The notes beneath the pieces were generated by a model. The model saw only the letters and a list, made by a program, of their open reading frames with translations, made no database searches and was not told where the DNA came from. From NCBI GenBank assembly GCA_951406725.2, contig OX597836.1, forward strand, positions 47,988,001-48,052,000: a DNA stretch of 64,000 nt, written 5' to 3'. This stretch comes from Octopus vulgaris (lineage: Eukaryota). The first letter of the stretch is position 1; the number at the start of each line of letters is the position of its first letter. This document shows positions 1-12,290 of this stretch, one piece after another. A program made the translations under genes and the position numbers.

Positions 1-383
1 TAAAATATGTGCTTCTTGTTTTTCTCCCGATTAAAACAAAAACACACAAAAAGAAACCTTAATCTAAAACTTCCCCTGTTTGGGTATTTTGTCAACTTCT
101 GCCAAATCCCTTCTTTCTTCTTTCTTTCTTTCTTGAACCCCGACAGATGTTTACTCATCACATATTTTGTTATCATTGCAACCTAACATTGTGGAACATG
201 TCAGGTTTTTTAGCTGACAAAAAGTCATCCCAAGAGATGAAGGGAAGCATTATTTCTTGCTTTGTTTTTTTCTTAGTAAACACCCTCTTTAAAATAATTA
301 CCCAATTGTGTAGATTTCTCCATCTTATGTGTCTGAAATTTATCTAAATCAACCGAATTTGTAAATTCTTATTTCTACAATAC

Positions 384-598
384 TTATTATTATTATTATT
401 ATTTTCATTATTATTATTATCATTATCGCCATCGTCATCATCATCATCACCACCACCACCACCATTACTATTATTATTATTATTGCTATTACTATGACTA
501 TTATTATTATCATCATCATCATCATCATCATTAACATTATTATTACTATTACTATTATTATTATTACTATTACTATTACTATTATTATTATTATTATT
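384..598. repeat. Compound (ATT)n/(CAT)n/(ACC)n trinucleotide microsatellite
   Basis: Directly visible; explains the poly-N/D/I ORFs at 344-709. Confidence 0.95.
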
Positions 599-907
599 CA
601 GAGTTTTTTTTATTCTATCTTCTATTTTCACTGCACTACTGAGCACAGTTCTGTCTGCCTTGGCTATGTGCAGTGTTTTCTTTTGCTTTTGTTATTGTTA
701 CTGTATTGAAAGTACCCTACATGGAATATGTGTGCGGTACCTTGCTGTGCTATTTTTTATCTGTATTTTTTATCTATAGACCCTGGGGCTTTGGTTATGT
801 CATTGTCAGCAGGTCTTTTGATAATTTCCAAAGCATCTTTTATTATAGAGATTGTTTCTATTTCCAGCATCTACGTTCAGCTTTTATTATTATTATTACA
901 CTGGACA

Positions 908-1303
908 AGGCAGCAAGCTGGCAGAATCATTAACACACCAGGTGAAATGCGTAGCGGTATTTCGTCTGCCGCTAAATTCTGAGTTCAAATTCCGCCGAAG
1001 TCGACTTTGTCTTTCATCCTTTCGGGGTCAATTAAATAAGTACCAGTTACGCACTGGGGTCGACATAATCGACTTAATTCGTTTGTCTGTCCTTGTTTGT
1101 CCTCTCTGTGTTTAGCCCCTTGTGGGTAGTAAAGAAATAGGTATTTCGTCTGCTGCTACGTTTTGAGTTCAAATTCCGCTGAAGTTGACTTTGCCTTTTA
1201 TCCTTTCAGGGTTGATAAAATAAGTACCAGTTAAACACTGGGGTCCATATAACCGACTCATCCCCTCCCATAAAATTGCTGCCCTTGTGACAAAATTTGA
1301 AAC

Positions 1304-1304
<1 letters not shown>
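908..1304 (+). mobile_element. tRNA-derived SINE family A, full unit followed by a head-to-tail 5'-truncated second unit
   Basis: Head ggcagcaagctggcagaa, B-box-like gagttcaaattcc, central tttcatcctttcggggtc..ataagtaccag, tail tttagccccttgtgggtagtaaagaaata. The second unit restarts at ggtatttcgtctg (1140). More than 15 similar copies occur in the window. Confidence 0.85.
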
Positions 1305-1342
<38 letters not shown>

Positions 1343-3045
1343 ATTGGACAAAATGCTTAGTGGCACTTTGTCCATCTTTACATTCCGAGTTCAAATTCTT
1401 TCAAGGTTGACTTTGCCTTCCATCTTTCCAGGGTCTTTAAAATAAGATCTAGTTGAGCATTGAGGTCGATGTAGTCAACTAGCCCCCTCCCTCAAAATTT
1501 CAGGTTTTGTAGCTACTTAAATATAAATATCCTCTTAGAATTTTTTCTACAAACTGGATTTTAGTTGAGTTTAAGAATCATTATGTACAGCCACATACTG
1601 ACACAATTGTCACATTGTTAATGGCACAAATGTCACATATTTTTCTGGCACAGTTATCACAATATTATGGGCAAAGTTTACTTAGTGGCACACTGCACAG
1701 AACAATTGAACATTTCAGAAAAGAATTTTTTTCTTAAATAGCACCCTTATGAAAAAAAGAAAAAAAAATGAAACGGAAAGTTTAAATTAGTGTTAACATA
1801 TTTAATGGCTGAGTAACATCCAATGAATTAAGGAAAAAGATGCTATGACAAGAAAAAAATATATTAGTCATTGATTGATATTATTTTAATTGTTTGGTCA
1901 AACTTCTGTCCTGTTTTACAAATATTAAGGAAATTTGGGAGCCAATGTATCCATATTTCTCTTTTTAGAAAATAATATTTATGTTGAGTTTCTTGTTTAG
2001 CAATCTTAAAGGTGCCAATGCACTTAACTCTCATCACTTGTGTCTGTTAGTGACAACTAGACTTCACTAATTTCCTGCTTTAGTCTTCTAATTAGAACCA
2101 GTGGAACCTATTTACATTCACCTCTGACTGTATTTTGTGACTTCCTGTTACAAGCATTGACCACTTGTAAAAAGAGTTGCTATATCTCCTTTGCTGGCCG
2201 TTTTAATATCCATGATGTGGGTTAAGTGTTCTGTTCTTATCATACTGTTATCTCCTGTTCAAAGGTGGGAAGTTGGCAGAAATGTTAACACGTCAGAAGG
2301 CTTAGCAGCAGTTCTTATGGCTCTTTACGTTCTGAGTTCAAATCCCATAAAAATCAGCTTTGCTTTTCCTTCTTTCAGGGTCAGTGGAATAAGTGCCAGT
2401 TTAGTGCTGGGGCTGATGTAATCGACTTGCTTCCTCTCCCTAAAAATTGCTGGCCTATGGCAAAATTTGAACCCACTGTTACCTCTTGTTCATTTGGCTC
2501 TCTCTCTCCCCCCCCCTCTCTCTCTCCCCCCTTCTCTTAATACTATTTCCCATTCAAAAGAATCCTGCTTATTCTTTGAAGCCAATGGCTAGAAAGGAAT
2601 TTCAATCTTTTACTGTGAAGTTTTTATGAAAAGTTACAGATTCATCCATTCAAGTTCATCCTTTGACAACCCATTTTTCTCTTTGTTAGCATCAAGACCA
2701 ATATTTTCAATTGTTCCACGTTAACAATTGTCAATATTGCTATATGCTACTCCACTCCCCGTTTTTCTTGAAGAAATAGACATGGAACCACAAAATATTT
2801 GGTTAGTTGACAGAACAAAAATCTGTGTGAAGTGCAACCACAAAACATTTATCTAATTGTTAACAAAAAAATGTTGTCAATGTGACAAGAGAAAGAATAT
2901 AATTTCAGTTAGCGTCCATGCAAGATGTGTGTCAGCGATAATTGTGGATTGTAGCAGTCATTAAATTCTGTAGTGAGTGGCATAAATTCTTGCAGCAATT
3001 CATCATAGCTGTATCACAACCACTGGTCAGCTACCACACAAACCA

Positions 3046-3105
<60 letters not shown>

Positions 3106-3207
3106 GGAGTAAACACATAAATGTGAAACAAGGTGGAAAAAAGAGTACTCAAATACCAGTGGTAGAGTAATATGCTTTATTTAAAGCAGCAGAAAATTCA
3201 ACAAAAC

Positions 3208-3245
3208 CTGTTACTCTGAGTTTCATGTTGCCATTTGTCAGACAG
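3208..3245 (-). ncRNA. Degenerate minimal type I hammerhead ribozyme motif
   Basis: Minus strand reads CUGU-CUGACAA-AUG GCAA CAU-GAA-ACUC A GAGU-A-ACAG. Stem I is CUGU/ACAG, the core is CUGAnGA with one G>A change, stem II is closed by a GCAA tetraloop, followed by GAAA, a palindromic stem III and a GUA cleavage triplet. Confidence 0.62.
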
Positions 3246-3261
3246 TTTTTGCTAGAAAAAA

Positions 3262-3299
3262 CTGTCCGTCAAACGGCAATGTGAAACTCAGAGTAACAG
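3262..3299 (+). ncRNA. Second, more degenerate minimal hammerhead motif (mirror copy)
   Basis: CUGU-CCGUCAA-ACG GCAA UGU-GAA-ACUC A GAGU-A-ACAG; same architecture, core mutated at three positions. Confidence 0.45.
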
Positions 3300-3332
3300 G
3301 TTTTGTTGAATTTTCTGCTGCTTTAAATAAAG

Positions 3333-3366
<34 letters not shown>

Positions 3367-4173
3367 TATATACACACCTACATACACACACACACAATGG
3401 TTCTGTCACAGAAAAGGTGCCAATGACAAAATCAGTAATGATATTCAAGTATGTTGTTTCACCCAAAGATGGTTCGGTTGTTTGCTGCATTTTCAGCAGT
3501 CAGCCCAGAGACTAATAAAAACATGTTGTTGATGTGTTTATCAGGGAACTGAAGTGGTCAGTTGTTTGCTGATGTCATCCAATCCCTGACAAAATCCTGT
3601 TTGGTATTTACAGATATTTTCACATCTGAGTGCAGAGATTGGTATTTATTTAATTATTTTGCATAAGCACTAAAAAATTTGATTAACATAAAAATTATAA
3701 TTATTGTATGTATGGTATGTTTTCTGATATTCCCTATGGTGGCAGAAGTTACTCATCGTGCGTCAGGTAATACATTAGCGTAATATATATGTTGGTAACT
3801 ATAAATGTACTGAGAATCATTTGCTGTGGGCTGGATTTTAACCAGATTTGTCATCACCATTACCAGTATCCTTTCAGGAATATATTTCATAGCAAACAGT
3901 ATTGCTATGAATAGCCAGCATTTGAAATAAGGTTCCAAAATATTTTGCTATAACTCTTTGAAGTTATATATGTTAACCATTTTCATACCAAACCATCTCA
4001 CACCATCCACAGTTCTTTGATACAAACATGGTTCTTGGATCTTAAATTAAAACCTTTCACCAAAATTTCATGCTAATTTATATCCCATGCATCATCTTAA
4101 TTATGACAGATTCATCATTATCTTTAAACTTAATTGAAACAGTCAGCATATTTCAACAGAGATCATCATCATG

Positions 4174-4223
<50 letters not shown>

Positions 4224-4377
4224 TATCATCATCATCATCGTCGTTTAACATCCGTTTTCCATGCTGGCATGGGTTGCCAAAAGAATTAATGTTTTTATTT
4301 TTTATATTTTCTGTTGTCTTTGAAATTTCTTTTTCTTCAGTAACCATTCTTATAGATTCCTTCTTTTTCTTTTTCAG

Positions 4378-4554
4378 ATTATCCCCTAGAATGGTTACCT
4401 TATGCGTACACACTGGAAATTTTAGGATCATGTCTTGGAGGTGCTTCTGTGATTACATTAGTGGTTTGGCTTTGGTATTTGGGTAAATCCAAAACAAACA
4501 GATGCATTATTAGATTCCTTAAATTATTGGCAATTCTTTTACAAGCATTTGCTG
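4378..4554 (+). CDS. Internal coding exon of a claudin/PMP22-superfamily-like tetraspan membrane protein (TM2, intracellular loop, start of TM3)
   Basis: Strong acceptor (ttctttttctttttcag|) and donor (GCTG|gtaagt). The exon is 177 nt, phase 1 at both ends and open throughout: (D)YPLEWLPYAYTLEILGSCLGGASVITLVVWLWYLGKSKTNRCIIRFLKLLAILLQAFA(G). It has two hydrophobic segments separated by a basic loop. This frame is absent from the ORF track. Confidence 0.82.
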
Positions 4555-4974
4555 GTAAGTAACAAGAAATTTTATTTTTTGCAATTTGAAAAACTTTGTG
4601 ACTTGTTGCTTTTTTATAGATTTAATATTTCTTGTAGAATCAGGCATGGCTGTGCAGTTTCAGGTTCAATCCCACTGTGTGGCACCTTAAGACAAGTGTT
4701 TTCTACTATAGCCACGGGCCTACCAAAGCCTTGTGAATGGGTTTGGTAGATGGAAGCTAGAAGAGAAGACCATTGTATATGTATGTGTGTGTGTGTGTGT
4801 ATGAAATGGTCGTGACTTCTGGGGCTTGATTGAAGAAAGAAGGCCACAAATGACCCGTCTTTTTTTGCCTGTCCTTCTAATTGTTGTTTCTCTTGTCCAC
4901 CTTTGTATCGTCTATCTGTCCAAATGTTTTAATGTCCTCTGTTGCGTTTTTGTTCCATTTTTATATTTATATCA

Positions 4975-5360
4975 TTGGATAGTTTGACTGAAGGCTGCAC
5001 CAGGCTCCAATCTGATCCGGAAAAGTTTCTGCAGTTGGATGCCCTTCCTAACACCAACCACTCCGAGAGTGTAGTGGGCCCTTTTATGTACCATCGGCAT
5101 GAGGGCCAGTCAGGCAGTACTGGCAATGACCACGCTCAAAAAGTGTTTTTTACGTGCCACCTGCATGGGGGAGCCAGTCTGGTGGCACTAGCAACAACCG
5201 CACTCAAATGTTTTTCATGTGCCACCTTCACATGTGCCAGTAAGGTGATGCTAGCAACGATCATGCTTGAATGGTGCTTTTTACATGCCACCGGCACGCA
5301 AGCCAGTCAGCAGCCCTGGCAACAATCACGCTCGGATGGTTCCGCTCCGGTGCCAATCAT
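4975..5360 (-). mobile_element. SINE-like family C (internal tttttacgtgccac tandem subrepeats)
   Basis: ggctgcaccaggctccaatctgat...ggatgcccttcctaacaccaaccactccgagagtgtagtggg is shared with 11368-12124, 30605-30865 and 53502-53990. Confidence 0.8.
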
Positions 5361-6839
5361 GTGGTAGTGTCATCAGCCACGTCAGCAATAAATATATATA
5401 TATATATTGCACAACAGACACCCTGTATTTAGAACTCCATGTGTATTCCTGCTCATGTTATTATATTTTCATCATTTATTATGAATCTGGGGGTTTCACA
5501 AAGGACAAATAGAAAATATAAAAACTGCACAAGAGATTATTTATAAGATATTTAGTTTTAAACCTTATAAACAATTTGTCATGTTTTATTTTGTTTTGTG
5601 TGTGTGTGTATTTACCTCTTCAATCGCTTCTACGGAAGTACAGAAAGTTGTGGTGTTGTCAAGTTTCTCCTGTCGATAAATCGTCTGGGACCATTTTGTA
5701 CCTTCAAATCCGTGTGAAATAAATGATTCCTTATTTGAAAAACAAGTAAGGATTAGCCTCAGGAAGGGCATCTGGCTGTAAAGCAATATCCCAAATAATA
5801 ATTCATCTAACCCATGCAAGCATGAAAAAAGTGGATGTAAAATGAACAAACAGACGGTCAAATTTAAAGAGTTGTATGTTGAAAAGGTCATTAAACTATT
5901 TTATTCCCTCTTGGGAAGGAAATGATTTGAAAAAAACATTTCAAAAATAATTTCCTCCTCATCAACTCATCTAAACAAAGTATTTTTATTATTTCCGTCT
6001 TTAAATATTCCCCATGTCGTCTGTTTTTGAAGCTCTGCTTTCATTTTACAATTTTATCAACTCTTTTTAAGACTATTTTAATAGATTGCTATGGTTACTT
6101 TTAAATAAACTGTTGATGAGAATAAATAATTGACTTCCTATAATCACTGAAAACATCTCAGTAAAAAGTCAACTTCCATCTTTGTTTGGTAAAACAAAAT
6201 ACCAATTCAGCAGTGGAGTCAATATAATCAACCTATCCCACCTTCCTCCTAAAATTACAGGCCTTGTGCTGAAATCTGAAACCTTTGGCTTTGGCAGGCA
6301 ATTTACTGTTAGTCCATTTGCAACAATTCTGATGATTATTTCATTGTTGTTGTTGTTGTTGTTGTTCCAAAGGTTATCTCTGACTGAATAAACGAGTTTG
6401 ACCTCCAGACATTAGTAAGCAGTTTGGTAGTTAAATGTAGGAGTGAGAAGCCATCTTGAGTGTCAGAAAGAGGGATGTATAGCTTGTTGAAGTATTGATT
6501 TAGCCTTTGATAATTGTAGATCCTTTGGTAACCTTTGATATTGATAACGTACAAAGATAAACGTTCTGTCTTTGAGATTCTGGTTAATTGTGATTCTGTT
6601 TCATTACAGAACTGTAATTATTTCTGTTCATTTCTAGTGTCTTTGTGATTCAGCAGTGTTTAACGAACAACTGATTGGATGTCTGTCGTAGATAGGATTC
6701 TCTGGATTCTTTTGTAGGTTTTCAGTGAATTTGGAAGAAATTGTAGAATCTGTAGCTTGGGATTTCATTGTTGTTAAATTTTTCCTTGTATTTTCGAAGA
6801 AACGTTGTGGCATTGTGGTGCAAGGTAGATTTGTGTTAA

Positions 6840-7224
6840 GTGGAGGCGCAATGGCCCAGTGGTTAGGGCATAGGATCGCGGTTTTGATTCCCAGACCGGG
6901 CATTGTGAGTGTTTATTGAGCGAAAATACCTAAAAAAGCTCCACAAGGCTCCGGCAGGGGATGGTGGTGATCCCTGCTGTACTCTTTCACCACAACTTTC
7001 TCTCACTCTTACTTCCTGTTTCTGTTGTACATGTATTTCAAGGGGCCGGCCTTGTCACTCTCTGTGTCACGCTGAATATCCCCGAGGACTACGTTAAGGG
7101 TGCACGTGTCTGTGGAGTGCCCAGCCACTTACACGTTAATTTCACGAGCAGGCTGTTCCGTTGATTCTGATCAACCGGAACCCTCATCGTCGTAACCGAC
7201 GGAGTGCTTCCAAAAAAAAAAAAT
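6840..7224 (+). mobile_element. tRNA-derived SINE family D with poly(A) tail and 11-bp TSD
   Basis: A-box tggcccagtgg, B-box-like ggttttgattccc, A12 tail; TSD atttgtgttaa at 6829-6839 and 7225-7235. Confidence 0.85.
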
Positions 7225-7653
7225 ATTTGTGTTAACATTGTGTGCTTCTGTCTTTGTTTCTTACTTTAGACAATTGCGTAGTCTATGACGCTTTGTGCTT
7301 ATTTGTTGGTAGATGGGTGTGTTCTATAGAAGTTATTTCAGTGGGTGTCCTGGTGGGGATGGTAACAACGGTGGCGGTGGTGGTGCTGGTAATTATCGGA
7401 AACAGAGATTTGTGGCTTGTTTTGTAATTTAAGGTGGATATAAAATGTCTGCTGATTTTCTTGATTTTGTTTAGGGATTATTATCATGGAGTCGGTGGCT
7501 TGTTTGTGTTGTTATTGGCACTTGTTTATGCAATACTCTGTTTCCATTGGCTGTAGCATTAAGTATGTTTTATTTGATGTTAAAGCTGACCTTTCCAACT
7601 ACAGGCCTCGTTGAATGGTTAAAAAGTTCACTTTGCAGTCATTAGAACTCATG

Positions 7654-8290
7654 TTAACTCTTTTGTTACCATATTTCTGCTGAACTACTCTGCCTTCGCT
7701 TCATTTAATTCTAAAAAGTAATGAAGAATTTAGTGAAATGACATCATCATTATTAAGTTCCATGCTAATAAATTAGCATGGAATTTTAATGGAAACTTTT
7801 GAGATTACTTTACTCCTTTAGCATTTAAATTGGTCTTATCCAGCCCCAAATATTCCACCTGTTTTACTTACAAACTGACTAGATCCAACCTCTTACACCT
7901 ACCCTACAATGTCATTCTAGAAGTAAACAATCACACCATTGAAATCTTTAAGCTGTAAGATAATCCTTTGTACTAAAGCCTGAAATTTGGGGGGGAGGAG
8001 CTAGTTGATAATATCAACCCCAGTGCGTAACTAGTATTTATTTCACCGCCCCCCCCCCCTTCCAAAGGACGATGGGCAAAGGTGACCTCTGCAGAACTTG
8101 AACTCAGATTGTAAAGATGGACAAAATACCACTAAGCATTTTGCTCAGCATGCTAACAATTCTGCCAGCTTGCCACCTTCAAAGCGATGATGCATTTGAC
8201 AGAATAACTTGAATGCTGAAGGGTCAAAGGTGGAAGTGTTTACGGATGAGGCAGAGGTAATCTCAGGTGAATTTGTATGAAAAGGGTTAA
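7654..8290. mobile_element. TTAA-flanked MITE containing a second TTAA-type MITE (~7812-8224), which itself contains a family A SINE (~7970-8180, minus)
   Basis: Ends ttaactcttttgttacc / gtatgaaaagggttaa. The inner element cctttagcattt...gaatgctgaaggg matches the 44732-44952 family. Confidence 0.6.
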
Positions 8291-8550
8291 TCTCACATCC
8301 CACTGTGCAGTGTATTAGGTGTCTTCTACCAAAGGCTTTGGTTGATCCAAACTTTGTCAGTGAAAATAGATGAAGACTACCTTTGAAAAGAAGAAAAAGG
8401 AAATAATTAAAAACCTATTGACTTTTATTGTCAGCACTATTCCATTTCAGATGTTAAGAGTTGTGTTTTTTACGAGAATGTCTGCTATTCTGGTGTGGCA
8501 CATGTACTTCTGCTAACCAAAATATTGGCAAAAAATATTTATCTTATCTT

Positions 8551-8950
8551 TCATCTTTTGCTTGTTTCAGTTATTAGACTGTGGCCATACTGGGGCACTG
8601 CCTTGGAGAATTTTAGTCAAATAAATCAACACCAATACTTATCATTTCTTTTTAAAGCCTGGTACTTATTCTATCAGTCTCTTTTGATGAACTGCTTTGT
8701 TACTGGGGTGTAAACACATCAACATCAACTGTCAAGTGGTGGTGGGGGGACAAACACACACACACACACACACACACCCACACACACACCCACACACACA
8801 CCCACACACAACAAGCTTCTTTCAGCTTCCATTTACCAAATCCAATCACAAGGCTTTGGTTGGCCCAAGACTATTAAAGATGACACTTACTCAAGGTGCC
8901 ATTCAGTGGGACTGAACCCAGAACCATGTCACTGAAAAGCAAACTTCTTA
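8551..8950 (-). mobile_element. tRNA-derived SINE family B, diverged copy
   Basis: Reverse complement of the 17037 and 63664 family, including the internal (CA)n tract. Confidence 0.8.
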
Positions 8951-10286
8951 TTTACCTTAATTTTAATATTGATTAATTAGTCTTTAAATTCTTTTTAATT
9001 TATTCAAAGTTTCTTTTAGATTTTCTTTTTCATTATTTGAAGACATGGATTTTTCAGGTTTTCATAGACAGGAGAGGTTGATATTGCTGAGGATTAGTTT
9101 GAACTTGGGTTTGGTGAGACTTATATGGCCAGGAAGAGAATTCAGGTAGTTCTTGAGAGGAAGAATTTAGTAAAGGTCTTGAAGATGAAACAAAGTAGGG
9201 AAGATGAGTAGAGGAGAGGCTGGCATGTTGGGTAAGCTTGAATTAAATATTCTTTATAAGGAAACATGGTCTCGTCCTGCTGGAGAAAACATGAAGGTTT
9301 AAAAATTTGTTTTAGATCAACTCTAACAATATTTTTTTATATAGATATAAATTATTGATTCCTTCTTTCATATGCTCTGTGGTGTGTTAGATAATTTCTA
9401 TCAAACAATAATTATCAAACATTACCAACAGACATCTGAGGGAGAATGCACAAGAGGTTGTTGCTGATGAAACCCATCCACGTTGAAACTGCTTCTGCTG
9501 TTTGTTAGATTCTCCAAACATTTTAACTACAAATTTGAGTGAGAGCTAGGCTAGAAATATTTTCTATATATAGAATTAGTTTTGTTGTTGAATATAGTTT
9601 TTTCCAGAGTTGTTTTCATGTTAAATAAAATATGCATTGATTGATCAAATTTTTAGCATTTCCATTACATGCTAGGAAAATGAATTTCTCCTTATTTAAA
9701 AAAAAAAACATCTAAAAAGTTTCTTAGAAATATTTGTTTAACAAACACCCTTCAAGGCAAAAACTCCAGCATGGCAACGGTCTCATGAGTGAAACATGTA
9801 AAAGGAGAAGAGAATTACTAATGTTAAATGTATGCTCACCTATTATAGAGATTAGTAAACTATTGAGCTGTAAAATCCCTAAGCAAATTTTCTCACAACC
9901 ATTTTTCTAAAAACTAGCTGATCGTGTGGAAACTCCACAGTTGTTGACAACTAAGCTATAATAATTGTTGTTTTCTTCAACTCCTTTTCTCTAATCTGCT
10001 GTAAATATTTAATACCTTCTCTACCGTTCATATTTTCACTTCCTCTACACAGCTTTTCCCAGGCTTTTTCAGGTGATTCATTCCTCTGCTCTTGTCTCAC
10101 CCTTCCCTCTTTACCTTCTCGTTTTTTTCTTCTTTTCTTCTTATCAGCTCACGTCATCTATTATTGTCCATATTTCATAAAACCAAAAAATATAAAAGGT
10201 TCGGTCTTCTGTATTTAGCAACAATTACTTGTACCAAAGTGCAGCTACTGAGAATTTTTAAAAAATAAATTTTAGTTCAATATTAT

Positions 10287-10491
10287 TCTTTTACTCTTTT
10301 ACTTGTTTCAGTCATTTGATTGCGGCCATGCTGGAGCACCGCCTTTAATCGAGCAACTCGACCCCGGGACTTATTCTTTTTGTAAGCCCAGTATTTATTC
10401 TATCGGTCTCTTTTGCCGAACCGCTAAGTAACGGGGGCATAAATACACCAGCATCGGTTGTCAAGCAATGCTAGGGAGACAAACACACACA

Positions 10492-10549
<58 letters not shown>

Positions 10550-10732
10550 CATATATATATACATATATACGACGGGCTTCTTTCAGTTTCCACCTACCAA
10601 ATCCACTCACAAGGCATTGGTCGGCCCGGGGCTATAGCAGAAGACACTTGCCCAAGATGCCACGCAGTGGGACTGAACCCGGAACCATGTGGTTGGTTAG
10701 CAAGCTACTTACCACACAGCCACTCCTGCACC
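10287..10732 (-). mobile_element. tRNA-derived SINE family B, near full length, internal (TA)n microsatellite
   Basis: Minus strand: gcaggagtggctgtgtggtaag (A-box), gggttcagtccc (B-box), cttgggcaagtg, 3' tail gaaacaagtaaaagagtaaaaga. Confidence 0.88.
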
Positions 10733-11296
10733 TTAAAAAAAAACCCTCCATTCTTTGCAGTTATCTCCTTACCATTATCACCACCACCACCATTAACTAA
10801 AGCCCTCCCCACCTCAAAACGTTGACACCAAATTACTGCAGTTATCAGCATATTGCATGTGTGTCTGCATGAGTATGCCTTCTCTTTCTCTCTCTCTCTC
10901 TGATTGCTACCACTTCTCTCCACTAAACATTGTTCTCTTAGCTCAGTTTAACTCATCACTCTTTCACTGAAAGTGTTTTTTGAAGAGCAACCACAGATAT
11001 ATATAGGTACAGATATCTCACACACACGCACGAAAGTATGAACATCTCAGACACACACACAGAAGTATGAACATTTCACACACACACACACATATAACAG
11101 AGGTAGACAAATGGATTGTTATACCAGATATATCAGAGTCTTTATTGTGATGTAAGCATAGTAAAGTCAGGTGTGCAGAATGCACAACACCCATAAGATT
11201 ACCTGTTACACAATTCCCAACTCGTCAGGTTTGCCAAATGAGCAAGCAAGCAGTGACAGGTTAATTGATCAACAGATCATCAGCATATATATGTAG

Positions 11297-11327
<31 letters not shown>

Positions 11328-11367
11328 TGCACACACATGTGAGTGTGTAGGTATAGACATCACAGAT

Positions 11368-11715
11368 CATCATCATCATCGTTTAATGTCCGCTTTCCAT
11401 GCTAGCATGGGTTGGACGGTTCAACTGGGGTCTGGGAAGCCAGGAGGCTGCACCAGGCCCAGTCTGATCTGGCAGTGTTTCTACAGCTGGATGCCCTTCC
11501 TAATGCCAACCATTCCGTGAGTGTAGTGGGTGCGTTTTACATGCCACCGGCATGGTGCCAGGCGAGGCTGGCAATGGCCACGATCGGTTGGTGCTTTTTA
11601 CATGCCACTGGCACAGAGGCCAGTCGAGGTGGTGCTGGCAACGGCCACGTTCGGATGGTTCTTTTACGTGCCACTGGCACTGGTATCACAACTACAATTT
11701 CCATTGATTTTTGAG
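11368..11715 (-). mobile_element. SINE-like family C copy, left arm of an inverted pair
   Basis: (cat)n tail followed by cgtttaatgtccgctttccatgctagcatgggttggacgg. Confidence 0.85.
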
Positions 11716-11749
11716 CGATTTCGATTCCGATTTCACTTGTCTCGTGTGT

Positions 11750-12124
11750 GTGTGGCACGTAAAAAGCACCATTGAAGCATGGTAGTTACCTGTGTCGCCT
11801 TACTGGCACCTGTACTGGTGGCATGTGAAAAAACATTCAAGCGAGGTCATTGCCAGTGCCGCTGGACTGGCTCCTGTGCAGGTGGAACATAAAAAACACC
11901 ATTTGAGTGTGACTGTTGCCAGTACTGCATGGCTGGCCGTCATGCCGGTGGCAAGTAAAAGCACCCACTACACTCTCAGAGTGGTTGGCGTTAGGAAGGG
12001 CATCCAACTGTAGAAACTCTGCCAGATCAGATTGGAGCCTGGTGCAGCCATCTGGTTCGCCAGTCCTTAGTCAAATCATCCAACCCATGCAAGCATGGAA
12101 AGTGGACGTTAAACGATGATGATG
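11750..12124 (+). mobile_element. SINE-like family C copy, right arm of an inverted pair
   Basis: Ends aacccatgcaagcatggaaagtggacgttaaacgatgatgatg; reverse complement of the neighbouring copy. Confidence 0.85.
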
Positions 12125-12290
12125 TATGTATGTATGTATGTATCAATACAAAATTATGAGTTAGAGGCTATGCAACCGTCTAAGAGATAAACATATCCGT
12201 ACTGCTGTATTACCTAACTATGTATAGGCCTTGTTATGAGGTTAACAGTGGTTGGTAATTTAAATAGTAAACAGTGGTGTAATATATTCA

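Larger units (their letters stand above)
3104..3335. mobile_element. Penelope-like-element terminal remnant: ~165-bp palindrome (arms ~3171-3250 and ~3256-3335) embedded in (TA)n
   Basis: The arms are near-perfect reverse complements (ctttatttaaagcagcagaaaattcaacaaaacctgttactctgagtttca / tgaaactcagagtaacaggttttgttgaattttctgctgctttaaataaag). (TA)n lies on both sides, and each arm carries a hammerhead-like motif. Confidence 0.6.

Noticed and set aside
4274-4486. ORF-track 70-aa ORF overlapping the first exon
   Set aside because: Wrong frame; the splice-defined frame (DYPLEWLP...) stays open to the donor at 4554 and joins the terminal exon.
6390-7590. Possible LINE ORF1/endonuclease remnant on the minus strand around the family D SINE
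   Set aside because: Only a vague INIKG resemblance to an APE N-terminus; too degraded to call.
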